Shown here one piece after another: positions 39,899-51,733 of a DNA stretch of 64,000 bases. The first letter of the stretch is position 1; each line of letters starts with the position of its first letter. Origin of the DNA: Octopus vulgaris (lineage: Eukaryota). The notes under the pieces were generated by a model that saw only the letters and a program-made list of their open reading frames with translations, did no database searches and had not been told where the DNA came from. Location of the stretch: NCBI GenBank assembly GCA_951406725.2, contig OX597815.1:71982001-72046000 (forward strand), written 5' to 3'. Position numbers and translations under genes: made by a program.

Positions 39899-40889
39899 AA
39901 TTGAAGTACTAATTGAAAACAACTGCACTTTCCGGGGGTGGGGGAAGCAATGTTTATGATTTTATCTATAAAAGATAGGCTAAGATAGTTATATTCTCTA
40001 CATTACTTCCATTTTGTACCGGAGGTGAAAATCTCAGTTTCGTTGGTTATTCATTAAGAATGTCACCGACGAGTTTAGTTTTATTTATTTATTCATTTCA
40101 TTATTTATGCATTTTTATGAATCTTTACTTGAACTAACCTCTAAATTGTTTGAACACAACACTTCTGAGTGATTCAACATTTCCTGTTTAACGGGAAATA
40201 ATCTTCTTTAAAGCAGCTGATACAAAATCACAACTGGAATGAATATATGTGATTATAATTATTTTAGACGACAATAAACCCGAGCAATGCCAGTCACGAA
40301 TACTAGTAAATATATAATACACTAGTAATATATAATACGAAAATGTATAAAAACGTTGTGTGTGAATTTTAGACATCATGACTCTTGCACGAGATCATTG
40401 TCACTTGTTTCGTTGTTAGCATTATTAAGGTGACATTTAAATTAACTCTATTAATCAATTCTATTTTCCTACACAAAAAAACTGTACAATCAAGTACATT
40501 TATTTTGTGGCTTCTTTACACTATTTTTGGTTAGTACGGAAAAGCCATTGCTGTGTCGAGGAAGTCAGAATAAAATCGAAATATGCTCAGAGTTATCTCC
40601 CGTGCTAGCTGAAACTAAAAGGACTACATACATACATTTTATTAATTTATTATGCCTTTCTTTGAATGTAATATTTTATTAATTCCGTGTTTTCCCCTCA
40701 GCTGCTCATTATTTGTACTTCAATTTAATGTTCTCAGCATTAAAGGTTTTGCACTCACCTCAAGCAACTAAATACAACATATATTAAAAGCTTGATACTT
40801 ATTAGATTGTTCTTAAAAAGCTATAAAACTGTAAATGTGTTTGTTTTTATCTGTATTTATTTATTGACGGCTTGGTTAAAAATAGGTAA

Positions 40890-40985
40890 ATCTGATGCAA
40901 TCAATACAGTTTATTACACAGATTAATTTTTTTTATTAACTGATATTGCAAGTAACTAGTGTTCCGGTAGCGCATGTGCATTAGT
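40890..40985 (+). promoter_or_regulatory. Putative TARS proximal promoter
   Basis: TGATGCAAT (CARE/AARE) at 40893-40901, TTCCGG (ETS) at 40962, GCGCATGTGCA (NRF1-like) at 40970-40980. Confidence 0.55.
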
Positions 40986-40998
40986 ACTTTGAAACAAC

Positions 40999-41058
40999 AT
41001 GGCTGACGAAGTGCTGACGAAACCGATGGAGGAGTTGAAAGTTTCCGGAGAGAAAAAG
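40999..41058 (+). CDS. TARS1: Threonyl-tRNA synthetase exon 1a (cytosolic N-terminus), GC donor
   Basis: aacaacATGG Kozak context; MADEVLTKPMEELKVSGEKK; AAG|GCATGC is the plausible phase-0 donor before the TAA at 41074. Confidence 0.75.
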
Positions 41059-41113
41059 GCATGCAGGATTATGTAAACTTTTACACTTCTTACTAGTTTA
41101 GCAAAACTCAAAT

Positions 41114-41191
41114 ATGCTTTCCTGGACACGTCTTTCTTCGTTGTCGCAGAGAATAGGATTGCGATACGCGAAGACTTTAACTAGGGTGTGT
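41114..41191 (+). CDS. TARS1: TARS alternative exon 1b, putative mitochondrial presequence
   Basis: MLSWTRLSSLSQRIGLRYAKTLTRVC|GTGAGT; phase 0, Arg/Ser/Leu-rich, no acidic residues. Confidence 0.68.
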
Positions 41192-42258
41192 GTGAGTTTC
41201 TCGTCATTCAGTCGGCGTGTGTTGATATTGCCTCCTTAGATTTTACATACATTTATGTATATGTACATATATATGTTATACACTCTCCTTTCTGCTCGAC
41301 TTTAATTTGCGTGTGATTCCTGTAGTAGATTTAGTTATTTCAACTAACTGTTTTGCTTGGTTAATAATACTTTTGATGCTACTTCGCTCCATTTCTCTAT
41401 TCGTCTTATACTGTTATAATTCGTTCCCTCATCGTACCTGAAATATTAATTTCATTATATATATTAAAAAAGCAAGTGGGGGGGAGCAATAAGAAATACG
41501 TCCAACTTGTAACGATTTATATGTACTAATATACAACCTAAAAACACCAAAATATCAATTTTATAAGTCTTTTTTTCTTCCTTTCTCTATATCTATTGAT
41601 CAATTGATTTGCTTTTCTTTAACTTACGTGGACAGGTTTATGCTGAGGTCAGTCAAATATCTATTATGTTTAATTATGTCTTACATATTTGACTTAACTC
41701 ATCCTTTAGAGGGAAGTCTGTCTCATTCCAGCATTGTTGTTTAGTCCAAGGTCGCCCCTCATCGAATTGAACTAAGGTTAGAGACATTGAATTCCAAACA
41801 CAACTGGAATGGTCGCTATTTATTTCTTACGCCAAGTGCTCCCTAAACTTCAGAGAGAATATATAAAAAGCCACAGGTCGATGGGACTTATAAAGGGGTC
41901 TTTCAGTACATTGAATGAAAACGTTAAAACATAGTACACAGTATTAGTTAAGGCTGCACCTGAAATACGACACTCATACAAGTACATCGAAATGGTAGAA
42001 AATGCACAATGTAGAGCCACGAAGCTTGTGGTATATGAGGAACGACATGGGAAGCAGGCTTTTACCAATTTACATGGAAATATGAAAGAAGCAGTCTTTG
42101 TTTTACGATCCAGAAAATGAACCCACTGTACTCAGCAGACTGCCCCTAGCCGGAAACTCGTTAGTAAAATAGAAGGGAAAGAATTGTTTTTTTTTTTTTA
42201 AACGGAAAATATATTTCGGAACATAAACAAAAGGAAACCAACATAAAAGAATACACAT

Positions 42259-42478
42259 ACACGAGGGGTGCTGAAAAGTTCCTGGTTTTGGATAAAAGAA
42301 AATACGAGAGTATCTGTTAATTATGATTTTGCTCAGCATATTCTCCCTCTCAGATTCACACACTTACTGCAGTGGTCCTTCGGTTATTCTAAGCCCTACA
42401 AAAGAACTCGGTTGGGCTTCCACGCAGGTCTTTCGTGACACCCCTAAAACCAGGAACATTTCAGCACACCCTCGTGTG
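42259..42478. mobile_element. Mariner-type MITE
   Basis: TIRs ACACGAGGGGTGCTGAAAAGTTCCTGGTTTT / AAAACCAGGAACATTTCAGCACACCCTCGTGT. Confidence 0.8.
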
Positions 42479-45400
42479 TGTGTTTCTCGAGAGATACGCC
42501 TATCTTCGTCTTTTGTTTTACTATTAATTTCAATTATATATATAGCATAACTACAGTTTGGTGCCCCTACCCGACTCAGTTTTCTCATAACTGTCTGCAA
42601 AAAGTGCGCATTATTTAATTAGATTTTGTAGATAGGTTTTCGAAGGCGTAGCCCACAATTTAGTCGATAACGTTAATAAATTTTTAAGTAGAGTTTCAAA
42701 TTATTTTCAATACCCTCCCGGTTGTTTTTCCTCATAACACTTTTTGAAATACATATTTTTAAATGTCTTTCTACACAAATATGTTTATGGGAGTGTACAT
42801 TATATAGTTTTGATGTTTCTAATGTATAAATTAGGGTAAAAATATTATTTTTATCAACTGATATTGTCCTAGGTTTTATATGCTTTATTTTATATTAAAA
42901 AAAGAAAAAATACACGCCTTCAAAATTTACTAATTTTAAATTTTAGACTTTTCAGAATTTTTTTTTCAATCTACGTGAAACAATACAGGGATTTTAACAA
43001 TCTTTACAGTTTAGTCATATGAACATAGAAAGTGCACTTTACATACCTGCTTTAATGACATTTCCTCACTTCAATATACAACAATACATTAAAAATCGAA
43101 AGTGAAACAATATCAAATATACGATCTAAATCTAGTTCAGTGTTTTCACTTTCTAGATCATAAACTGAAAGTTTCCCATGAGAGGTTTTAAAGCAGAAAG
43201 GTGGTGGTATGATAAAAAAAAATATGCAAACTTTAATCGAAACTGATCATGAGGAAATATGCGTTTTGTGAGTCTTGAATAGTTGGAACGATCTCCAGGG
43301 AAGTTTGAGGTGAACTCAAAATCGGTGATGAATTTTTGAATGATTGGATCATGCTAGTTCACACTGTAAAGTTGTCCAGCTATAGAAACTATACAGAAGT
43401 TAACATTAGGTCCTGATGCAGTTCATTGGATGTTGTCAAACTGTCCAACTCATCCCACCTTGAAAAAAAAAGCAAAAAAATTCTGTAATAAAGGGAACAT
43501 ACATAGATGTCATGACCATCATTAAGGATTGGTGTCATAGGCATAGGCAGGCATTTTATGAGATGTCATCTTATAAATAACCATCTCAGCCTATGTTATC
43601 CAGTGTGTCCCTTCCTAAAATGATAGGTTGTGGTTTGAGGGAGACTTAACTACTATTTCTAGCTAATCAAGTGACCGCAATGAGCAAGAGTGTTAAAATC
43701 ATTTGGCTTTGTAGACTTGATTGAAGCTTAACCTAAATCCTGAACTAAGGAAGAAAACCCTACAATGTAGGTAAGCATTGTAACAACTTTATTAGCATAA
43801 AGAAAAAGAAAGAATTTTATGTACAGAGATGTGTAGGAAAACTCAATCACGTGTGTGTGTATATATATATATTTATATACATACACACTCACACAATATC
43901 ATTGAATAAGAAAATGGTACACCAATATTAATCATAACTTGAGTTGGTCTCTGACTCAATGCATGCTTGTGATAAAAGTATTTTACAGAATATTTTTAAA
44001 TAATGATAAAAATTTATCTTTATAAGATGGTGCAGGCATAACAGTGGTAAAGACATTTGCCTCTCAATCATATAGTTTTTGGCACTCCCATTGTACAGCA
44101 ACTTGAGCAAGGGACTTCTGTCACCCTGAGTCTACTAGTGTCTTGTGAGTGGATTTGGTAGATGGAAACTGTGTCCTTTGTTTTTGTATCTTTTTGTTTT
44201 GATATCATATGATGGTTATATAAAGATCATCCCTGTCGTAAAAGCAAGGAGAGATGTCATTCATTTCCAATCTCCTGTGAAAATGTGTCCAGCACTGGGT
44301 AAATATTATCTTGCTCTGAAACAAGTGGTGGTCAGCAACAGGAAAGGGCATTTGACTGTAGAAAAACTTTACCTCAAATAAACTCCAATCCATACAAGCA
44401 CAGAGAAGTGGATATTAAAATATTGTTGAGGAGGAGGAGAAGCTAGGGCCTGGACTAAACATTGTTACTGGTTGTGTTTGTTACCTTTCACATGGAGGTT
44501 GGCTTGCCTCTATGTCAAGTAGAAGAGGGAGATGTATGTATGTGTATAATCATACCAACATACTTCTGCATAGTGAAGTTATTTCTTTCTGGTGTGCGAA
44601 ACAGTCTAAAGTACTAATAAGGTGAGAAAGTGGAAGGTTTGTGTCTTCTAAACATCTTGTCACTTTCAGATATTTCATATCAATTGTTGTTGAGATAAGC
44701 TGTGATTAGACAACCCTGTGATCAAACACATTCTAGCTGTGACTAACTCATTTATTATTAAGATATATCAAAGAATATGTTATTGTCCTCTTAATTTTTT
44801 TAGGATGGTAGGATGTGATTTGAGAAGTATTTTGCTGCTATTTCTAGCATTGAGGGACCATGTAGTACCCTTTCTCCTTTAGCATTCACATTATTCTATC
44901 AAACATAATGCTTATTTATTCACATTGTTTTGTATTAACCATGCATTATTTTGTAGCTTTAAGACTTCAATGAGGTAACTTGATTTTTAGAATGATATAT
45001 GGTGTGAGAGGCCATATCTGGCCAGTTTGAACGTAAAACAGTAGAATATTTTTGGCTAGATATGGTCAGTTTAAATGCTAATGGGTTAAGTTGTAATATG
45101 TTGAGTGTGTAGAACATTGCCAACTTCTCAAGGTGAAGTACTTTTGGGTTCTGAAGAGTAAAATGTTGAGGCATAGTTTTTAGCTAGTGTTTATCACTGA
45201 TCACATACTGTTGACAAAAAAAAAACAAATATCTAAGAATCTTTTGTGAAGAGCTGTTGCAAACATAACATTGTTACACTAAAACAAACAGTTAGGTAAT
45301 ATCCTATTGAACTCTAAGGCAGCAAGCTGGCAGAATTGTTTGCACACTGTGTAAAATGCTTAGTGGCATTTCATCTGTCTGCATGTTCTGAGTTCAAATT

Positions 45401-46286
45401 CTGCCATGGTCAACTTGGCCATTCATCCTTACGGGGGTCAATAAAGTAAGTACCAGCTGAGTTCTGGAGTTCGATGTAATGAACTTGCTGGCCTAGTGCC
45501 AAAATTTGAAACCAATATTTTCTTGAAATCTTAGGAAATCTTGGCGATTCTGAAAATAAATTAAAGCATATATCCTAACTGATACTTGCAATCATCATAT
45601 GACCACTTTTCCATGCTTGCATGAGTCAGGTGGAATTTGTTGAGGTAAGTTTTCTACTGTTGTCAACCCTCAACTATTTCCAAGCAAAGTATTTCTCCTT
45701 GTTTTTCACACAAGGCTAGAAACAAACATCTCTTGTATGATGGTAAGGGTACACACAAACATACACTCATGGATTTGCAGACACACACATACATGCACAT
45801 GCTGGGCTTCTTTCAGTTTCCATCGACCAAATTCTGCTATAGCAGAAGGCACTTGCTCAAGGTGCCGCACATTGGAACTGAACCCAAGACCATATGGTTA
45901 TAAAACAAGTTTCTTAACCACTCAGTCTTTGTTTCAATTAATAGTGAATATAAAAGATTTTATTAAAATAACTGGTGTTAGGATAGCTGATGTTTAGGAC
46001 ATTAATTAGCTTAAAATTTCGATGGGTGGTTGTAATTAAGATTATTTTAAATCGAGGAGGTTGAATCTTAGAACCAGGGTTGGGTTTCAGAAGGGTTGAT
46101 AACATTCATAAGAGAAAGAAATGCAGTTGCAGTTGTATGGTTAAGGTGTTTCTCAACCACATGGTGTGGGATTGGTTCCACCGTGTATCACTTTGGGCAT
46201 GTGTCTTCTGCTACTCATATATCTCTGGGCTGACTAAAGCCTTGTCAGTGTATATGGGAGATGAAAACTGAAAGAAGCTTGCCATA

Positions 46287-46440
46287 GGTGTGGCTGTGTG
46301 GTAAGAAGTCTGCTTCCCTACCACATGGTACTGGGTTCAGTCCTATTGCATGGCACCTTGGGCAAGTGTATTCTACTATAGCTTCCGGCTGATCAAAGCT
46401 TTGTGAGTGGATTTGGAAGATGGAAACTGAAAGAAACCCA
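46287..46440 (+). mobile_element. CORE-like tRNA-derived SINE (third family)
   Basis: TGGCTGTGTGGTAAGAAG..GGTTCAGTCC..CACCTTGGGCAAGTG. Copies also at about 46133, 50583, 58538 and 63287. Confidence 0.75.
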
Positions 46441-46462
46441 TCATATATAAGTATAATTTATA

Positions 46463-46688
46463 ATAAGGGCATTGGAACGCCAACACCTGCCCGCTTGAAG
46501 TAGACCCCAAATGGGCTACAAACCACTTAAGTTATTACTCCCTTACCAAAAGATTGTATGCGAGGAAAATGGACAGAAAGGATTTCCTTACATACAACCT
46601 TGTGGTAAGGGAGTAATATCTTAAGTGGTTTGTAGCCCATTTGGGGTCTACTTCAAGCGGGCAGGTGTTGGCGTTCCAATGCCCTTAT
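46463..46688. repeat. Near-perfect long inverted repeat (hairpin)
   Basis: Arms 46463-46560 and 46591-46688: the outer 69 bp pair perfectly, with 3 mismatches over 98 bp. Confidence 0.95.
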
Positions 46689-46787
46689 AATTATATTTTA
46701 TAATTATACTTAAATATAAATTAACCATTATAGTCTTGTTAGTATGCTGGCCACTGATAAATCATTAAATAATGACTTTATCCTAAT

Positions 46788-46818
<31 letters not shown>

Positions 46819-47710
46819 CTGTGTGTATGTTGGTCTGTTTACATTCCCATAACTTAGCAGTTCAGCAAAAGGGACTGATAGAATAAGTACTGGGCTTAAA
46901 AAGAAAAGTCCTGGGCTCGATTTGTTCATCTAAAACCCTTCAAGGCAGTGCTCCAGCATGGCTGCAGTCAAATGACAGAAACAAGTAAAATAATATGTTT
47001 ATGTCCTTGCTTTAACATTGCATAACAGTTATGAGTTCCGTGAAATGGAGACAAGGTGTCACAAATATACACGCTCATATATGACAAGCTTCTTTCAGTT
47101 TTCATCAGCCAAATTCATTCACAAGGTTGTAGTACAAGTGACTTGTTTAAGGTGTCATGGATTTGGTTAGGAAGTAAACTTGTTAACCATATAGTCACGC
47201 CTATGTTTATCTGTCCTTTATAAATATCTAGCCTTTTACCAATGTTAGAAATCATTATTCAACAGTTGAATAATTCAATTATGACATGCTGTTACTATAA
47301 TCAAACACAGCTGTATGTGTCAGCTATATATATATATATATATATATGTCTTATTGAATAAAGGTTTTTGTATTTTATATTTCATTTATCTCAATGTATT
47401 TGTTGTATATTCATAATATAGTAGAAGTGAAATCATAAAAGACTTTAAACCTGACTTGTGTGCTATTATTAACATACCCAATTCAGGCAGAACAAACATT
47501 GCAATATATACATATATATTTATATTATCATCATCATCATTGTTTAACGTCTGCTTTCCATGCTAGCATGGGTTGGACAATTTGACTGAGGACTGGCGAA
47601 CCAGATGGCTGCGCCAGGCTCCAATCTTGATCTGGCAGAGTTTCTACAGCTGGATGCCCTTCCTAACGCCAACCACTCTGAGAGTGTAGTGGATGCTTTA
47701 TATATATATA

Positions 47711-47746
<36 letters not shown>

Positions 47747-50281
47747 CTGGCAATAACTTCTCTTGCAGCCTGGTGTTCTTTTGTTCATTCACTTTTACAT
47801 CTATTTTTTTTCCATGCTAGCATGGGTTAAACAAGTATGGTAAGAAAGGATCTACAAACATTGGAACTCTCAGAAGGGATGACAGGGAACCGAGACTCCT
47901 GGCAGCTTGCTGTGCTTGAGAAAGCACATCAAGCTAAGTAAAACCATGGTTGTCCTTGCATACAGGCTTATCCTCTGCATCCTTCTCCAGCTGAGCATTC
48001 CTAATCTTGCAGGCTCGTGGGTGCTGGTGCCACTTATAAAGCGTCTGTACCAGTGCCACGTAAACAACCATGCCAGTGCCGCATAAAAGCACCCAATACA
48101 CTCTGTAAAGTGGTTGGCATTAGAAAGGGCATCCAGCCATAGAAACCATGGCAAAATAGATTGGAGCCCAGACAGCTCTTCAGCTGACCAACTCCTGTCA
48201 AACTGCCCAACCTATACTAGTATGGAAAGTGGCTGTTAAATGATGATGATTGAAACTCTGTTTTACAGCTAGCTGTCCTTTCTATCTCATAACCCTCACT
48301 TTTTTTTTTGTTCAAAGTAAGGGATTCCTTTTTCATGCATCTTTGAAAGCATGAAGTGAGCGAGTGATTTGTTGATAGAAGTGACAGCAGCAACACTAGA
48401 AATTTGTATTCAAAAAATTGTTAAAATATTTTTTGTATTGTGTTTACGTGGTTCGGCAAAAAGAGGCCGATAGAATAAGTACTGGGCGATTGAATAAGTT
48501 CTGGGGTCAATTTGCTCGACTAAAGGAGGTGCTCCAGCATGGCCGCAGTCAAATGACTGAAACAAGTAAAAGAGAGAAAAGAGTATTGTAGAAGTATAAC
48601 CAATTTATCGTACAGAAACATAAACTATAAAATCTTGTGTAGACCCCACAAGGGTCATGTGGACACTGGTTGAGAAACACTGCTGTAGACAATTGTAAAT
48701 ACAATATTTTGTATTCTGGGCAGCTTAGGGTTATTTATAATTTTTGATTGTTAAAGCAGTGAGCTGGCGGAATCATTAGCTTGCCAGGTAAAATGCTTAG
48801 TGGCATTTTGTCTGTCTTTACATTCTGAATTCAAATTCCACCAAGGTTGACTTTGCCTTTCATCCTTTCAGGGTGAATGAAATAAGTACCAGTTGAGCAC
48901 TGAGGTTGATGTAATCAACTATTCCATCCCTCTTTGCAAAATTTCAGCTCTTGTGTCTCTAGTAGAAAGGAATGTTTGATCTTATTGTACTGATTGCTAC
49001 TAGGAGTATGAGTAGTTGAGCCATTTTAGTATCATTGATTCAATGCTGACTTATTTGACATCAGACATTTTAATGTTTCTCTTGTTTTCCCTTCATCTCT
49101 TTCTCTGTTTATGTGGATGAGGAGAAGGAAACTGTTTATGTCAGTCATGTTCAATTAATAAATTGTAATGTTTCTCTTTCTCTCTCTGTGAACATCTAGT
49201 TATGTTTGCATGTGTACACTCTCTCTCTCTCTCTTTCTCTCTCATCATCATCGACATATAATGTCCGTTTTTTTTGCTGGCATGGGTTGGATGGCTTGAC
49301 AGGAACTGACGAGGCCAGGGGCAACACCACATTCCATCATCAGTTTTGGCTTCGTTTCTACAGCTAGATACCCTTCCTAATGCCAACCACTTTACAGAGC
49401 ACATTGGGTGATTTTTGCAAGGCACCAGCACCCACACCAGTGCTTTTTACATGGCACCTTGATTTTAGGATCTCAATTCTGTTGTGGTGGGTAGGTCTTA
49501 CATCTATGTGCATTTGCCTGCAGTGCCAAAATATGTTGAATGTCCAGTCAATAAGGTCAAATAATCAGCATCCTAAAAACTCCACCCTGTCATATCATTC
49601 CATGCTACCAGCATTTGTTTAATTTTTGATATTTCTATTGTCAGTTATTCTCTATACTTAACTAAAATGTGAACCTCTTTCATAGACATATTATTATCTG
49701 AGGGAGTGGTCATAGCTATGAGTAGGTATTTTCTCTTCAATTTTCCAGTTTTGCTTGGTCACTTTGCAATGATTGTTCAGTTAGTTTAGTCTGGTGTATC
49801 ACAATGTAATAATGCTATTGTTTCTTTCTTTCTTTCTCTTTCTATTTATTTATTCATTAAAATCTTGCTATACTTGACAGTTTATGTGAAAGCATGTGGT
49901 TAGGGTGTTTATTGTCAGATTGTTTCTATTCTTGGACCAGGCAGTGCATTGTGTTCTTGAGCAAAAACACTTCATTTCACACTGCTCCTCTCCAATCAAC
50001 TGTAAATGAATAACCCTGCAACAGACTGGTGCCCTGTTCAGATGGAAATACTGTGATCTCAGTTTTATATCGTGACAATTGGATAACTAGCCCTCTTAGT
50101 CCTTGGACTAAAGTCAGTTCTTGTATTTTTGGTTTCAGTGAGTTTCAGGCTGAAACAGGGAAAAGAAATTTGTCTTTGTTCTTTTGATATTTTTTTAATC
50201 AAATTTCTTCCATATCTTACTTGAACTGTTTTACTGCAAATAATTATAGAAGTGTTTTTTTTTTTTTTTGTTTTTTTACAG

Positions 50282-50341
50282 GCATCTAAAAATACGAAAA
50301 AGTCAAAAGAGGATAAGAATAAGAACAATGCTTGTTCAGAG
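50282..50341 (+). CDS. TARS1: TARS exon 2 (Lys-rich)
   Basis: polyT-acag|ASKNTKKSKEDKNKNNACSE|gtaaac; 60 nt, phase 0/0. Confidence 0.8.
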
Positions 50342-50790
50342 GTAAACTTTTATTATTTCATATTTATTTTACATTTAATTTTTCCACCCTCTAAGCTTGA
50401 ATGGGAATTCTGCTAATATGGATAGGCACAGGTGTGTCTGTGTGGTTTAGGATTTATGTACTGAAATTATGTTAGACTTTGACAACATCATCAGTCTTTA
50501 TTTCTGTTCATTGATGACACAATGTGTAACTCACATTCTAATCCTGATAAAGACTTATATTGAAAATGTGTTTAAAATATAGTGACTGTGTGGTAAGAAG
50601 CTTGCTTCCCAACCACATGGTTTCAGGTTTAGTCTCACTGCATGCTACCTTGGGCAAGTGTCTTCTACTATAGCTTTGTGAGACAGAAACTGAAATAAGT
50701 CCACTGTGTGTATGTGTGTGTGTGTGTATGTTAAATAAAATGAGACAACAATGTGTGGAATTTTCAGGACATTTATAAAAGAGAAAGTTA

Positions 50791-50838
50791 GTCTTACAGC
50801 TGTTTCTGTGATATTAGGGATATCCCTTCATCAGAGAT
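50791..50838 (-). ncRNA. Minimal hammerhead-ribozyme-like motif
   Basis: UCU CUGAUGA A GGGAUAU-CCCUA-AUAUCAC A GAAAC AGCU GUA AGA; palindromic ACAGCUGU stem III. A related copy with a mutated core lies at 7525-7576. Confidence 0.6.
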
Positions 50839-51551
50839 GATGTGAGATGGTTAAATAGAGGCAAATAGTAGAGTTCAGTATAAGGAGTTATTTTAGAAAA
50901 GGATGGAAATAAGAAGTATAAAGGGAAATAAGAGAATAAAAATATATGTAGGATGTTATAGTTGCAGTTCCATTTGTGTCTGTTTGTTCCCCACTACCAC
51001 TTGACAACTGGTGTGCTTAGATCCCTGTAACTTAGTAGTTCAGCAAAAGAGACTGATAGAATAAATACCAGGCTTAAAAAAAAAGAAAAGAAAAAGTACT
51101 GGGGTCGATTCATTTGACTAAAAATTCTCCAAGGCAGTGCCCCAGAATGACTGCAGTCTAACGACTGGAACAAATAAATGATTGTACTTGGTTTAGCTAT
51201 TTCATTTCTAAGTAAAATCATGTCCCTCCCTCTAAACGCTGCCTCTCACTATGTTTGTAATCTATTTCATTGACCATCTAACAACAATACTGGATCATTC
51301 CTTCACATGTATGAGGAAGGGAAAGCTACTTACCCTTTTGATACAAGCCCAATCAAAACTCTATATTAATTTATGTTCCTAGCACCAGATTAATAACAAC
51401 AGAGTTATTTTACTAAATTTTTCATTATTTAAAAGCTTAATTAAAACAAAGGCAGTTGTGGGTAGAGCAGTAAGAAAATTTGAATTTATGACCTTGTTTT
51501 GTTAATATCTAAAATAAAAATAAAATAATTAAAACAAATTCATTGTTTCAG

Positions 51552-51733
51552 GTAAAACCAGCTCCTGATTACATCCAAACCCGACTAGATTTGTGGAATA
51601 AATGGAAGGAATCCTACACTAATTGGTTGGCAGATCAACCGAGTATAGATATTACAATTACATTGCCTGATGGTAAAGAAGTAAAGGGTCAATCATGGCG
51701 CACAACCCCCTATGAGATTGCTAAAGGAATCAG
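51552..51733 (+). CDS. TARS1: TARS exon 3 (TGS domain start)
   Basis: VKPAPDYIQTRLDLW..ITLPDGKEVKGQSWRTTPYEIAKGI; ag/gt bounded. Confidence 0.96.

Noticed and set aside
41073-41078. GTAAAC as the TARS exon 1 donor
   Set aside because: It gives phase 2, incompatible with the phase-0 start of exons 2 and 3.
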